A model generated the notes under the pieces. That model saw only the letters and a program-made list of their open reading frames with translations, made no database searches and was not told the origin of the DNA. Source: Clostridia bacterium (GTDB taxonomy: Bacteria > Bacillota > Clostridia > Oscillospirales > CAG-272). Taken from it: a stretch of DNA of 64,000 bases. Position 1 is the first letter of the stretch. Each line of letters begins with the position of its first letter. Below, in pieces: positions 8,058 to 18,742 of the stretch. The position numbers and the translations under genes were made by a program. The stretch spans positions 4,787 to 68,786 of the forward strand of contig JAFSSQ010000047.1 of the NCBI GenBank assembly GCA_017450965.1, read 5' to 3'.

Positions 8058-10562
8058 TCAGCGGCATGCAAGCCAGTTTTTCCCGATCCCCGCCTCGGCG
8101 GGCAGAGGAACGGAAAGGGTAACGACGCGCTCCATCTCCTCCGAGAGGATCCGGGCGACCCGTTCGGCGTCTTTTTCCGGCGCCTCGCAGATCAGCTCGT
8201 CGTGTACCTGTAAGATGATACGCGCGCCGGGCGCTTTTTCCTTCAGCCGCCGGTCGACGGCGACCATCGCCATCTTGATCAGATCGGCGGCGCTGCCCTG
8301 GATCGGGCTGTTCATCGCGACCCGCTCGCCGAAGGCGCGGAGGTTGTGATTGGAGGAGGAAAGCTCCGGGATCTTCCGCCGCCGCCCGAAGAGGGTGGTC
8401 GTATACCCCGTTTCCCGCGCCGCCTCGACGGTCCGGTCAAGATACTGCCGGATCTTTGGATAACGGGCGTAATAGCTCTCGATATAGTCCGCCGCCTCCC
8501 GGCGGGAGATGCCGAGATCCTCCGAGAGCGAGTGCGCCCCGATCCCGTACACGATCCCGAAGTTGACCGCCTTGGCGCTCTTGCGCATCTCGGGGGTCAC
8601 CAGCTCCTCCGGCACGCCGAAGACCGCCGCCGCCGTGGAACGGTGGATATCCTCCCCTTCCCGGAAGGCGCGGATCATGTTCTCGTCCCCCGAGAGGTGG
8701 GCGAGCAGCCGCAGCTCGATCTGCGAGTAATCCGCGTCCACGAGCAGCATCCCCTCCGGCGCCGTGAAAAACTGCCGCATCCGGCGCCCGAGCTCGGTGC
8801 GGATCGGGATGTTCTGGAGGTTGGGGTCGGAGGAGGAAAGCCGCCCCGTCGCCGTGCCGCACTGATGGAAGGAGGTGTGCACCCGTCCCTCCCCGTCCGC
8901 GGCGTCCGAAAGACCGGCGACGAAGGTGGAGTTGAGCTTGGTCACGTGCCGGTATTCCAGCACGAGGGAGACGATCTCGTGGTGAAAGGCGAGCTTTTCC
9001 AGCACGTCGGAGGCGGTGGAATAGCCGCTTTTCGTCTTTTTGGGGGCTTTGAGCCCCAGCTCCTCGAAAAGGACGGTCCCGAGCTGCTTCGGCGAGTTGA
9101 TGTTGAATTCCTTGCCGGCAAGCAGATAGATCTGCTCCTCCAGCCCCTTGGCGATCCCCGCAAGCTCACGGCCGAAGTCCCGCAGCCCCTCCCGGTCGAC
9201 GAGCGCGCCGTCCCGCTCCATTTCGTAAAGGAGAACGGCGACGGGGATCTCGACCTCGGAAAGAAGCTTGTCCGCCCCGCTCTCCGCGAGCCGCCGGGAG
9301 AGCGTTTTTTGCAGGGAGGCGATATACCGGACGGGAGAGTTCCCGCCCTTTTCCGGCGGGTATTTGGCGGTCAGCGCGGCGAGAGAATAGTCGCTCGCGC
9401 CCGGATCGTCGAGATAAGCGGCGAGCATCGTATCGAAGACGCAGCCAAGGACCGGCCGGCCGAGACGCGCGCACGCCGCCTTGAGATCGTGGCAGACGAG
9501 GGAGTACGCGCCGTCGAACAGTGCCGCCGCCGCGCCGCACTCGGACGCGGGGAGGGTGTACGCCTCCTCTCCGACGGCAAAGGAAAGATCTCCCTCCGCG
9601 GTGAAGGCAAAGACAACGGTCCCGCCGCGGGCGAGCGTCAGCAGTTCGGCCGCCGTGACCGTCTTCGCCCCTTCCGGCGCGGCGTCGGTCAGCTTGTCCG
9701 CCTTGAGCGCGAAGCGTTCGGTCAGTTTGGCGAAGCCGAGTTCATTAAAAAGCTCCGCCAGCGCGGCGTCGTCCCGCTTTGCCTGTTCCGCCTCCGCCAG
9801 CCCGAAGCCGAGGGGGGCGTTCCGTTCGATGCGGGAAAGGGTGCGGGAAAGATAGGCCGAGTCCCGGCCGGCGCGCAGTTTTTCCTTCTGCTTTTCCGGC
9901 AGGTCCGCTTGATCGAGCGAGGCGTAGAGGGTATCGAGATCGCCGTAGGCGGCGATCAGCTTGAGCGCGGTCTTTTCCCCGATCCCGGGGACGCCGGGAA
10001 TGTTATCGGAGGAGTCGCCCATCAGGGCTTTGACTTCGACGAACCTCTCGGACGGGACCCCGTAACGGGAGAGAAACTCCGCCGGGTCGATCGCCGCGGT
10101 CTCGCGATTGCCCGCGAGCAGGACGGTCGTATGCTCGTCGACGAGCTGCAGACTGTCCCGGTCGCCGGTGAGCAGGTAGGTGTGCGTGTCCCCGCGCTCC
10201 TTTGCCTCGCGGGCGAAGGTACCGAGAACGTCGTCCGCCTCGTAGCCCTCCTTTTCCGCGATGAAAGCCCCCATCGCCGCCAGCGCGCGGCGCGCGGCGG
10301 GAAACTGTTCGGAAAGCTCCGGCGGCATGGGTCGGCGGCCCGCCTTGTAGGCGTCGTAAAGCCGATGCCGGAAGGTCGGGGCTTTCAGATCGAAGGCGGC
10401 GACGACGGTGTCCGGCTTGAGCACGTCCATCTGGGAGGCGACCGTGTTGACCAGTCCGAACACGGCGTTGGTGTGCAGGCCGGAGGGGGCGGTCAGCGGC
10501 GCGACGCCGTAGAACGCGCGGTTGATGATGCTGTTTGCGTCGATGACGAGCAGGTTCTTCAT
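8058..10562 (-). CDS. polA: DNA polymerase I
   Basis: 5'-3' exo (YEADD, MGDSSDNIPGV), TATGRLSSSDPNLQNIP, DYSQIELR, KAVNFGIVYG, QVHDEL. Confidence 0.99.
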   Translation of the reverse strand: MKNLLVIDANSIINRAFYGVAPLTAPSGLHTNAVFGLVNTVASQMDVLKPDTVVAAFDLKAPTFRHRLYDAYKAGRRPMPPELSEQFPAARRALAAMGAFIAEKEGYEADDVLGTFAREAKERGDTHTYLLTGDRDSLQLVDEHTTVLLAGNRETAAIDPAEFLSRYGVPSERFVEVKALMGDSSDNIPGVPGIGEKTALKLIAAYGDLDTLYASLDQADLPEKQKEKLRAGRDSAYLSRTLSRIERNAPLGFGLAEAEQAKRDDAALAELFNELGFAKLTERFALKADKLTDAAPEGAKTVTAAELLTLARGGTVVFAFTAEGDLSFAVGEEAYTLPASECGAAAALFDGAYSLVCHDLKAACARLGRPVLGCVFDTMLAAYLDDPGASDYSLAALTAKYPPEKGGNSPVRYIASLQKTLSRRLAESGADKLLSEVEIPVAVLLYEMERDGALVDREGLRDFGRELAGIAKGLEEQIYLLAGKEFNINSPKQLGTVLFEELGLKAPKKTKSGYSTASDVLEKLAFHHEIVSLVLEYRHVTKLNSTFVAGLSDAADGEGRVHTSFHQCGTATGRLSSSDPNLQNIPIRTELGRRMRQFFTAPEGMLLVDADYSQIELRLLAHLSGDENMIRAFREGEDIHRSTAAAVFGVPEELVTPEMRKSAKAVNFGIVYGIGAHSLSEDLGISRREAADYIESYYARYPKIRQYLDRTVEAARETGYTTTLFGRRRKIPELSSSNHNLRAFGERVAMNSPIQGSAADLIKMAMVAVDRRLKEKAPGARIILQVHDELICEAPEKDAERVARILSEEMERVVTLSVPLPAEAGIGKNWLACR

Positions 10563-11410
10563 GCCGAGGCCTCTTGTTTCACGGCGCCGCGGCGGGCGTG
10601 ATGAAGGAAAGAAAGCTGGATCGCGGCGAAAACGACGAAGGAAGCGACGGCGATATCAAGCGAGAGGGAAAGCAGAACGGGGGTCTCGGGATGGAAGGCG
10701 TCGTAGACGAGATCGGGCACGCAGAACGCCGTGCCGAACAGGATCGTGCCAAGACCGCAGAAGAGGTAGGCGGACATCCCGATCCGCTCGCGGTAGTCGT
10801 GCGCCTCCTGAGAGAGGAACAGTCCGGCAAACACGGCCGCCAGCGTAAAGACGCTCTTTTGCGGATCGTTGATCGCCATACTGCGGTCAAAATAGACGGC
10901 AAAGGCGAGCAGAACGGGGAAAAACGCGGGAAAGATCCCGAGAAGGGCGTTGAGCCCGTCTCGCTCCGCTCCGTGCTGGAAGCAGAAATAGAAGATCGCG
11001 CCGACGGAGAGCGCGGACACGACGAGCAGCATCGTCCGCAGCACGGAAAAGGAGGTAAAGGAATCGCGCAGAAGATCGAACGCGAGGAAGAAGATCCCGA
11101 ACACAAGGAAAAGAGAGGCCATCAGATAGGCGTTGCCCCCGCTTGTTTTGGCGTAGCCGCGGAGACGGCGGCGGATCAGCAAAGCAAACCCGGCGAGCAG
11201 CGCGGCGCCGAGAAGGAGTACCAGCGCGTACGCGAGGCGAAGCCCGTCTCCCCCTTCGTAGTGGCCGGTATACTGCGGATTAAGGGCGTTCCGTTCATAG
11301 ACCGTATAATGTCCGGTCAGCAGCCGGTACCGGAGCGCGGCGGCGGCGACGCCGAGAAGAAAACTGACGAGCACGGCGGCTCTTACCTTTGTCTTGGTGC
11401 TGTACTTCAT
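10559..11410 (-). CDS. hypothetical multi-pass membrane protein
   Basis: 283 aa, about 8 TM helices; stop overlaps polA start (ATGA). Confidence 0.75.
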   Translation of the reverse strand: MKYSTKTKVRAAVLVSFLLGVAAAALRYRLLTGHYTVYERNALNPQYTGHYEGGDGLRLAYALVLLLGAALLAGFALLIRRRLRGYAKTSGGNAYLMASLFLVFGIFFLAFDLLRDSFTSFSVLRTMLLVVSALSVGAIFYFCFQHGAERDGLNALLGIFPAFFPVLLAFAVYFDRSMAINDPQKSVFTLAAVFAGLFLSQEAHDYRERIGMSAYLFCGLGTILFGTAFCVPDLVYDAFHPETPVLLSLSLDIAVASFVVFAAIQLSFLHHARRGAVKQEASA

Positions 11411-11424
11411 AACGTTCCTTTCGC

Positions 11425-11892
11425 TTATGCCAGATTGACGATTTCAAGCCCGTTTCGGCGGGCGTAACAAACGGTGTAAAAGGTGCCGCCGGAGGGGCGG
11501 ACCAGATAGGCGACGCAGACGGAGGCGGCGTCCGCGAGCTGGCGGTCGCGCGCGTGCATACAGCCGGCGGTATATCCCTCGCTCGCATAACTGACGGCGT
11601 CCGCGAGGGAGAGGATCCGGCGGTACTCCGCGCGGTCTTCCGCGCGCCAGTTCCCGTCCTGCTCCGGGTATGGGAGAAAGAGCAGCAAGGCGGCGTCCGG
11701 GCAGGTCTCCTTCAGCCGGAGAACGGCGCGCTCCGCCATCGTATCGAAGCCGAGGGCGCCCCCGCAGCAAAACTGCCGGTAGCCGCGGGCGTAGAGGGCG
11801 CGGAGCGTTTCGTCCAGCTTGCGCGCAAGTCTCTCCGCCTCCGCCGCAGGGATCGCGCGATGACCGGTAAAGCAGCAGGCCGTTTCCTTCAT
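11425..11892 (-). CDS. SLOG-superfamily (DUF1273/YspA-like) protein
   Basis: True start MKETACCFTGHR; GGALGFD, CMHARDR, GGTFYTV. Confidence 0.85.
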   Translation of the reverse strand: MKETACCFTGHRAIPAAEAERLARKLDETLRALYARGYRQFCCGGALGFDTMAERAVLRLKETCPDAALLLFLPYPEQDGNWRAEDRAEYRRILSLADAVSYASEGYTAGCMHARDRQLADAASVCVAYLVRPSGGTFYTVCYARRNGLEIVNLA

Positions 11893-12695
11893 TGCGGTTC
11901 CTCCAGGCCGATCACCGAGAGCATCGTCCCTCGCCGGCCGTGCATCCGCCGGTGGGAGAAAAAGAGGTCCTCTCTGCAATGGGTGCAGAGGCCGGAAAGC
12001 CCGATATGTTCCGCGCGAAGTCCCGCCTCCAGCAAAAGGAGGCGGTTCGCGCGCGGCAGATCGCAGAAAAAGTGTCCGGCGCGGGGGGACGGGGTAAAGA
12101 CGGCGTCCCGCAAAAGGGGGCGGTCCGAGGCGGCGGCGTAGACCTCCTCGCCCGTCTCGTAGCAGGGACCGGCGATCGAGGGGCCGATCACGGCGCGGAT
12201 CCGGCGGCGGTCGGCTCCCGCCTCCTCCATCCGCTCCACCCCCGCCGGCGCGATCCCGGCAAAGGTGCCGCGCCATCCGGCGTGCAGCGCTCCGACGACC
12301 CCGTTTTCCGGGTCGCAGAGCAGGATCGGTACGCAGTCGGCGGTGCGGACGGCGATAAAAAGTCCCCTCTCCGCCGTCACATACCCGTCCGCGGTCTCCT
12401 CCGATGGAAAAAGCAGTCCTTTCCCGGCGTCGGCCCCGCTCACGCGCAGCACGCGCGCCGAGTGGACCTGCCGCAGGGAAACGAGCCGGGACAGGGAAAA
12501 CCCGACCGCCTCGGAAAAAAGCCGGAGGTTCTCCCGCGTAACGCTTTCTTCTTCCAGCTCCCCCGGCACCAGGTTCAGGGAGGCGGTCGCCTCCCCCGTT
12601 CCCACGCCGCCGAGGCGGGTGGAAAAGGCGTGCCGGACGGGGAGAAGTCCGCTTGTCAGATAAGATACGCCGTTTTGCGCCGTACGGAAATCCAT
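11889..12695 (-). CDS. pgeF: peptidoglycan editing factor PgeF / YfiH-family
   Basis: HAFSTRLGG, QVHS, TADCVPILL, HAGWRG, GPSIAGPCYE, FFSHRR. Confidence 0.92.
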   Translation of the reverse strand: MDFRTAQNGVSYLTSGLLPVRHAFSTRLGGVGTGEATASLNLVPGELEEESVTRENLRLFSEAVGFSLSRLVSLRQVHSARVLRVSGADAGKGLLFPSEETADGYVTAERGLFIAVRTADCVPILLCDPENGVVGALHAGWRGTFAGIAPAGVERMEEAGADRRRIRAVIGPSIAGPCYETGEEVYAAASDRPLLRDAVFTPSPRAGHFFCDLPRANRLLLLEAGLRAEHIGLSGLCTHCREDLFFSHRRMHGRRGTMLSVIGLEEPQ

Positions 12696-12696
12696 A

Positions 12697-13626
12697 TCAA
12701 AGCCTCATCAGTCTGATCGGTTTCAGCGCGCTCCCGTCGGGGTATTCGCGCGCCTCGGCAAAGGCAAAAAAGCCGCTTTCGTCGTAAAAACGCACCCGCT
12801 CCCCCGCGGGAAACGAAGTCCCGATCTTCTGCTGGTAGATCTCGCAGCCGCTTTGCGCCAGGCGGGCGTAAAAGGGCGGCAGCAAAGCGGCGGGAAAGGA
12901 GGGAAAGGCGGCGTCCACCGGCCGCAGGAGAGCGGCGCGGTCTTCGGGCGGCGTTTTTTCCAGTTCGTCAAGCGTCATCGCGCCGCCTTCCAGCGTAAAG
13001 CCGCACGTTCCGGTCCGCCGCAGGGCGCTCATCACGGCGCCGCAGCCGAGCGCTTCTCCGAGATCGGCGCAGAGGGTGCGGATATACGTTCCCTTCGAGC
13101 AGACGACGGAGAGAGCGTACTCGTCCTCCCGCTCGGTCGGCGAAACGGTCAGGGCGTTTACCGTGATCTCGCGCGGCTCGCGCTCCACGGCGATCCCGCG
13201 CCGGGCAAGGTCGCAGAGCTTTTGCCCGTCCCGCTTGAGGGCGCTGACCATCGGCGGCGTCTGGAGGATCCGGCCGGTAAAGCGTTCCTTTGCCGTACGG
13301 GCGATTTCCTCAAAAGAGGGCAGCGGCTCCGTCCGGGGAGAAAGGGTTCCCCAGATATCCTCGGTATCGGATGTCAACCCGAGGCGAAGACACGCCTCGT
13401 ACCGCTTTTCCCCGTCGGGAAAGAGCGCCGCGGCTTTGACCGCCCGCCCGACGAGGACGACGAGCAGCCCCGTCGCGTTCGGGTCGAGCGTGCCGGTATG
13501 TCCCGCCTGCCGGACCCCAAAGAGGCGCGCGGCGCGGGAAACGGCGGTATGGGAGGTCATCCCCTCCCCTTTATCGAGCAGGAAGATCCCGCACGGGGCG
13601 GATCCCCGGATCTCTTCTTTCATCAC
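12697..13626 (-). CDS. truB: tRNA pseudouridine(55) synthase
   Basis: GHTGTLDPNATG, QTPPMVSALK, CSKGTYIRTL. Confidence 0.97.
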   Translation of the reverse strand: MMKEEIRGSAPCGIFLLDKGEGMTSHTAVSRAARLFGVRQAGHTGTLDPNATGLLVVLVGRAVKAAALFPDGEKRYEACLRLGLTSDTEDIWGTLSPRTEPLPSFEEIARTAKERFTGRILQTPPMVSALKRDGQKLCDLARRGIAVEREPREITVNALTVSPTEREDEYALSVVCSKGTYIRTLCADLGEALGCGAVMSALRRTGTCGFTLEGGAMTLDELEKTPPEDRAALLRPVDAAFPSFPAALLPPFYARLAQSGCEIYQQKIGTSFPAGERVRFYDESGFFAFAEAREYPDGSALKPIRLMRL

Positions 13627-13649
13627 GTTCTCGTTTTCTCTCTCCGTCC

Positions 13650-15092
13650 TCAGGAATTGGCGTTGTTTTCCGCGGCTTTTTCGGAGAGGACGTTGATGGC
13701 GAACTCCAGCGCGGTCCCGCGCTTTCTCAGATTTTTCAGAAGACTCGTTTCGGTCGGATAGGCGCCGTCGGTCTTGGTGACCGCGTCGGAAACGACCGAA
13801 TAGAGGATCTCCCCGTATCCGAATTCGTCAAGCGGACCGAGGACCGTGCCGGACAGGATCAGAGAAAGCATTTCGGCGTCCGTTTTGTCCTCTCCGCAGA
13901 GGTCGGCGGCGTACTCCCCCCGATACCGCTCGTAGGAACGGCAAAAGAGAAAGTTCAGCGCGGCAGCGGCGCTTCCGGGATCCGCCGCGCCCTTCGGCAC
14001 CGCGGCGGCCGTCGCCCGGTCGGCCAGGACGGCGGAACGGTAGGAAGTCCCTCCGTCCTCCTCCGCCTTCGGCATCGGCAAAAGCGCGCAGCGCTCCCGA
14101 TCCGCCTCCCCGTAGCGTCCGAGGGTACCGAAATAAAAGACGGCGTTGTCCGGCCCGTCGCTGCCGGAGATGCGGTAGGGGCTCTCGTAAATCTTATCCC
14201 TCAAAACGGTAAGCCGCCGGAAGGGATCCTCCCCGTCCGCCTGTACGGAAAAGGTCCCGTCCCCGTTTTCCCCGACCGGATCCGCGCCGGAGGAGATCCA
14301 GAAAAAGGGCGCGTCCTCCTTGCCGATCCGCATCTGGTAAAAGGGCTCTTCCGCGTTGATCCCGCTGTTCATCTCCGAGAGGATGCGGTTCATCGCGTCG
14401 TAGGTCCATTTGCCGTCCGCGACAAGGGCGGTCGGCAGCTGCTCCGGCCGGTAAAAGGCGGAAAGCGCCGTTTTATCGTAGATCACGGCGGACGCCGCGT
14501 CCCGGTACCCGACAAGGAACGCCCCCGTCAGAAGATAGCGTTTTCCCCCCACCGGAGCGGGAGCGTTTTCCTCACTGTCATAAGCGGGATGGGAAAGATC
14601 GATCGAAGCGTGGGAGGAAAGATCCTCCAGCATCCCGCGCGCCAGCAGCTCGGAGAGATCGCCCGAGATCGGCAGGGCGAGGATGTCCGCGGGAACGTCG
14701 CCGGACGCCTCCGACTGACTGAGGAGGGCGGAGGCGTTGGTGGTTTTGGAAAACCGGAGCGTGAGCCCGTACTCCGTCTCCAGCATCTCCATCTCCTCGC
14801 TGTCCCCCCGCGCCATCAGCGTGGGCGCCGCGGAGGCGTAAAAGCCGCTCGTGCGCTCCGCGTCCGAGTAGAGAACGGTAACGGTCAGCCCGCCGAAATC
14901 GGAGCGCTCCGTTTCCGGCTCCCCGGTGGTCGGAGCGCGTCTTGTCACGACGGGATCCGGTTTTTCGACGGTCTGGCGGATCAGGCGGCCGGAGAGAAAA
15001 ACGACGAGAAGGGTGACGACCGCCAGCGCGAGGATCGCGGGAAGGCGGAAAGAAAATCGCCGGTTTTTGGAAAAAAGCTGCGGCAGTTTCAC
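13650..15092 (-). CDS. membrane-anchored extracellular solute-binding-like protein
   Basis: GTG start with AAGGAGG RBS, N-terminal TM; LVADGKWTYD and LLPMPKA motifs resemble clostridial sugar-binding proteins. Confidence 0.6.
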   Translation of the reverse strand: MKLPQLFSKNRRFSFRLPAILALAVVTLLVVFLSGRLIRQTVEKPDPVVTRRAPTTGEPETERSDFGGLTVTVLYSDAERTSGFYASAAPTLMARGDSEEMEMLETEYGLTLRFSKTTNASALLSQSEASGDVPADILALPISGDLSELLARGMLEDLSSHASIDLSHPAYDSEENAPAPVGGKRYLLTGAFLVGYRDAASAVIYDKTALSAFYRPEQLPTALVADGKWTYDAMNRILSEMNSGINAEEPFYQMRIGKEDAPFFWISSGADPVGENGDGTFSVQADGEDPFRRLTVLRDKIYESPYRISGSDGPDNAVFYFGTLGRYGEADRERCALLPMPKAEEDGGTSYRSAVLADRATAAAVPKGAADPGSAAAALNFLFCRSYERYRGEYAADLCGEDKTDAEMLSLILSGTVLGPLDEFGYGEILYSVVSDAVTKTDGAYPTETSLLKNLRKRGTALEFAINVLSEKAAENNANS

Positions 15093-15103
15093 GGCGGACC
15101 TCC

Positions 15104-15622
15104 TTAACGGCGGACGGCAGCGGGGCAAAACGCCCTTGCCGTGTCAAAAAACGCGTCCTCCGCGTCAAACAGCACGAGAGCCGGGCGGTTGGAGCCGTCC
15201 GGGCAGAAGAGCGCGCACGCTTTTTCGCTGCCGGGAGCGGAAAGCGCCTTTACCGTCCGCAGAGAAGCCGCGGCCAGTCTGCGCGCCTCCTCATCCGTGA
15301 CGATCGCCTCCGCGCGGCGCAGATCGCAGGAAAAGATCTCCTTCCTGCGGCTGGAGCCGTAGATCGCGGCCAGAGTGAAAAAGCCGTCCGTGATCTCCAC
15401 GTCGTAGACGAGGGAAAACCGCGGAAAAAGCAGCCAAAACGCCGCCGCGGACAAGAGAAAAGCGAGCAAAAAGGTCGCGGCGGAGGGGTAGGAAAGCGCC
15501 AGAACGGCCAAAGCGCCCGTCAGCGCGACGAGAAGCGCCGCCAAAAGAAGACAGCGCAAAAGATACGGTCCTTTGTACGCCGCGCGATAGGAATATCCGA
15601 CAACGCCGCTTCTGCCTGCCAT
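15104..15622 (-). CDS. hypothetical membrane protein (DUF6106-like)
   Basis: Two TM helices then YDVEITDGFFTLAAIYGSSRRK; AGGAGG RBS before ATG 15622. Confidence 0.6.
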   Translation of the reverse strand: MAGRSGVVGYSYRAAYKGPYLLRCLLLAALLVALTGALAVLALSYPSAATFLLAFLLSAAAFWLLFPRFSLVYDVEITDGFFTLAAIYGSSRRKEIFSCDLRRAEAIVTDEEARRLAAASLRTVKALSAPGSEKACALFCPDGSNRPALVLFDAEDAFFDTARAFCPAAVRR

Positions 15623-15669
15623 CCCGTCCTCCTGATTTTTGCGCATACCCCGCGATTTTAATTATGGTT

Positions 15670-15698
15670 ATTTTATCATAGTTCTCTCTTATTTTCAA
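15670..15698 (-). promoter_or_regulatory. sigma-A promoter for the leftward operon
   Basis: TTGAAA-N17-TAAAAT with TGn extension. Confidence 0.65.
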
Positions 15699-15739
15699 TG
15701 CTTTTCCGGAAAAAACACGTTTTCCCCCGCCCGCGCGAC

Positions 15740-15768
15740 TTGACATCCTCTCGCCGCTGTGATAGAAT
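15740..15768 (+). promoter_or_regulatory. sigma-A promoter for proS
   Basis: TTGACA-N17-TAGAAT with TGn extension. Confidence 0.8.
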
Positions 15769-15814
15769 AAAATAACTTATTTTGTCTATTCTATGCTTTT
15801 GAAAGGAAGTATCC

Positions 15815-17257
15815 ATGGCTGACGATAAAAAAATGGTGGACCAGATCACCCCGATGGACGAGGATTTTGCCAAATGGTACACCGATATCGTAAAAAAAGC
15901 GGAGCTGATCGAATATACGAGCGTGAAGGGCTGTATGGTCATCCGTCCTTACGGCTACGCGATCTGGGAGAACATCCAGAAGATCCTTGACGCCGAGTTC
16001 AAGTCCCTCGGACACGAGAACGTCTATATGCCGATGTTCATCACCGAGAGTCTCCTCAACAAGGAAAAGGATCACGTCGCCGGCTTTGCGCCCGAGGTGG
16101 CGTGGGTCACCTACGGCGGCAGCGAAAAATTAGAGGAACGCCTCTGCGTCCGTCCGACCTCCGAGACGCTTTTCTGCGAGCATTTTTCCAATATCGTCCA
16201 CTCCTACCGCGACCTGCCGAAGCTCTACAACCAGTGGGTCAGCGTCGTCCGGTGGGAAAAAACGACCCGGCCGTTTCTGCGGACGCGCGAGTTCTTGTGG
16301 CAGGAGGGCCATACCATCCACGAAACGGCGGAGGAGGCGATCGCCGAGACCGAGCGGATGCTCCACGTCTACGCCGACTTCTGCGAAAACGTCCTCGCCA
16401 TACCGGTCGTCCGCGGCAGAAAGACGGACAGCGACAAGTTCGCCGGCGCCGTGGCCACCTACGCTCTGGAGGCGCTGATGCACGACGGAAAAGCCCTGCA
16501 GGCGGCGACCTCCCACTATTTCGGAGACGGGTTCTCCCGCGCCTTCGGCGTGGAATACACCGATAAAGAAAACAAAAAGCGCCATCCCTTCCAGACCTCG
16601 TGGGGCTGCACGACCCGCCTGATCGGGGCGATCATCATGACCCACGGCGACGATAACGGTCTGGTCCTGCCGCCCGCCGTCGCGCCGGTGCAGGTCGCGG
16701 TGATCCCCGTCGCCCAGCACAAGCCGGGCGTGATCGAGGCGGCGTCCGCGCTGGCGGACCGTCTCGCCGCCGCCGGTCTTCGCGTGAAAACGGACGCAAG
16801 CGAGAACAGCGCCGGCTGGAAGTTTGCCGAATACGAGATGAAGGGCGTGCCGCTGCGCATCGAGATCGGTCCGCGCGACATCGAGCAGAACGCCTGCGTC
16901 GCCGTGACGCGCCTGGACCGCAAAAAGACCGTCCTCTCCCTCGACGGGGTGGAAAACGCCGTCAAAGCTCTTCTCGAAGAGGAGCGCAAGGCGATGTTCG
17001 CCCGCGCGAAAGAAAATATGGATCGCCGCACCTACGACTGCCGCACGGCCGAGGAGATCAAGGCCGTCCTGGCGGAGAAGGGCGACGGCTTCATCCGTGC
17101 GATGTGGTGCGGCTCCCCCGAATGCGAAAAGAAGATCAAGGAGCTGACCGGCGTTTCCTCCCGCTGTATCCCCTTTGAGGGAGACAAGCTCGGCGACAGG
17201 TGCGTCTGCTGCGGAGAGCACGCCGATACCCTGCTCTACTTCGGCAACGCGTACTGA
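15815..17257 (+). CDS. proS: proline--tRNA ligase (archaeal/eukaryotic type, no editing insert)
   Basis: 480 aa; [27 protein letters not shown], Zn-binding C-terminus ending GNAY. Confidence 0.98.
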   Translation: MADDKKMVDQITPMDEDFAKWYTDIVKKAELIEYTSVKGCMVIRPYGYAIWENIQKILDAEFKSLGHENVYMPMFITESLLNKEKDHVAGFAPEVAWVTYGGSEKLEERLCVRPTSETLFCEHFSNIVHSYRDLPKLYNQWVSVVRWEKTTRPFLRTREFLWQEGHTIHETAEEAIAETERMLHVYADFCENVLAIPVVRGRKTDSDKFAGAVATYALEALMHDGKALQAATSHYFGDGFSRAFGVEYTDKENKKRHPFQTSWGCTTRLIGAIIMTHGDDNGLVLPPAVAPVQVAVIPVAQHKPGVIEAASALADRLAAAGLRVKTDASENSAGWKFAEYEMKGVPLRIEIGPRDIEQNACVAVTRLDRKKTVLSLDGVENAVKALLEEERKAMFARAKENMDRRTYDCRTAEEIKAVLAEKGDGFIRAMWCGSPECEKKIKELTGVSSRCIPFEGDKLGDRCVCCGEHADTLLYFGNAY

Positions 17258-17281
17258 TCCCGCTTTTTCGAGGGTTCTGCC

Positions 17282-18409
17282 ATGAGGGTCTTCGCCACCT
17301 CCCTGAAGGACCGGCTCAAGCAGCTTGATTTCATCATTCTCGGCTGCGTTCTCGCTCTCTCCCTGATCGGGATCGTCGCCCTATGGGGGGCGAGGTCGGT
17401 CTACGGCGTCAAGTACGTCGTCATCCAGAGCGTCGCTACGCTGATCGGACTTGTCTTCGTCTTCGTCATCGCCAATCTCGATTATCAGGATATCTGCGAC
17501 AAGCTGGCGATCCCTCTCTTTATCGCCGCCGTCGCCGCGCTGGCGCTGACGCTGGTCATCGGCTCGGTCGGAGATTACGGCAGCAAGAGCTGGATCAAGA
17601 TCCCCGGCTTGCCGGTCAATATCCAGCCCTCCGAGTTCATCAAGCTGTTTCTGATCCTCACCTTCGCAAAACACCTGGAGCTTTTGCGCGGCAAGCTCAA
17701 CCGTCCCCTCTCCGTCCTCCGCCTCGCCCTGCACGCCGGAGTGCTCGTCGGACTGGTCGTTTTGCAGGGGGATCTCGGCACCGCGCTCGTTTACATCTGC
17801 ATCGTCCTCGCCATGCTTTTTGCGGCGGGACTGAACCTCTGGTACTTCTTCCTCGGCGGCGGAGCCGTTCTGATCCTCTTCCCCTATCTCTGGCCCAAGC
17901 TCAACCTCTACCAGCGCGAGCGGATCCTCGTCGGCTTCAACCCCGAGATGGATCCGACCGGCAAGGGACTGCAGCCTCTGATGTCGCGCCGCGCGATCGT
18001 GGCGGGCGGGCTCTTCGGCCGCGGGCTGGAGGGAGGCGGCGCCTACGAGGACGTTCCCTTCGCTCACACCGATTTCATCCTTTCCATCATCGGGGAAAAG
18101 TTCGGGTTTCTCGGCTGCATCCTCGTGATCGCCCTCTTTCTTGTCCTGATCGCCCGCATCATCTACGTTGCCATGAAGGCGCGCAAGGACTGCGGCGCGT
18201 ATATCGCCACCGGGATCGCCGCGCTCCTCATCGCACAGGTTACCGAAAACGTCGGGATGGCGCTTGCCATGCTCCCCGTCGTCGGGATCACGCTCCCCTT
18301 TCTCAGTTACGGGGGCTCGTCCGTCCTTTCCCTTTATCTCACCGTCGGGGTGCTGGAGAGTATCTGCACCCACCGCAAAAAGTACCACTTTGAACGGGAA
18401 GAGACGTAA
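17282..18409 (+). CDS. SEDS-family protein RodA/FtsW/SpoVE
   Basis: IQPSEFIK, QGDLGT, HTDFILSIIGEKFG, GITLPFLSYGGSS. Confidence 0.95.
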   Translation: MRVFATSLKDRLKQLDFIILGCVLALSLIGIVALWGARSVYGVKYVVIQSVATLIGLVFVFVIANLDYQDICDKLAIPLFIAAVAALALTLVIGSVGDYGSKSWIKIPGLPVNIQPSEFIKLFLILTFAKHLELLRGKLNRPLSVLRLALHAGVLVGLVVLQGDLGTALVYICIVLAMLFAAGLNLWYFFLGGGAVLILFPYLWPKLNLYQRERILVGFNPEMDPTGKGLQPLMSRRAIVAGGLFGRGLEGGGAYEDVPFAHTDFILSIIGEKFGFLGCILVIALFLVLIARIIYVAMKARKDCGAYIATGIAALLIAQVTENVGMALAMLPVVGITLPFLSYGGSSVLSLYLTVGVLESICTHRKKYHFEREET

Positions 18410-18472
18410 CGCAGCGTCTTTTCCGATCTTATTCCGTTCCCGCGCCGCGGGAACGTATCAAGGAGGAACGGT

Positions 18473-18742
18473 TTGAAAATCAGAAAAGGGTTTCTGCTCC
18501 GCGAGATCGCGGGAGAAAACATCGTGATCGGCACCGGAGAAGCGGCCAAGAACTTCAACGCCATGATCCATCTCAACAAGTCGGGCGCCTTCCTCTGGCG
18601 GCAGATGGAAAACCGGGATACCACCAAGGAGATGCTCCTTACCGCCATGCTGGAGCATTACGACGTGACGGAGGATATCGCCTCGGCGGATATCGACGCC
18701 TTCCTCTCCGCGATGAGAGGAGCTGGTCTGCTTGAACAGTAA
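18473..18742 (+). CDS. PqqD-family protein (RiPP recognition element)
   Basis: 89 aa; LREIAGENIVI...LNKSGAFLW...YDV...ADIDAFL..L; TTG start with AAGGAGG RBS. Confidence 0.88.
   Translation: MKIRKGFLLREIAGENIVIGTGEAAKNFNAMIHLNKSGAFLWRQMENRDTTKEMLLTAMLEHYDVTEDIASADIDAFLSAMRGAGLLEQ

Noticed and set aside
11893-12276. N-terminal extension of the SLOG ORF
   Set aside because: Overlaps pgeF out of frame; the family motif and GGAGG RBS point to 11892
15770-15814. T-box leader for proS (or alaS)
   Set aside because: Leaders are too short and contain no T-box motif
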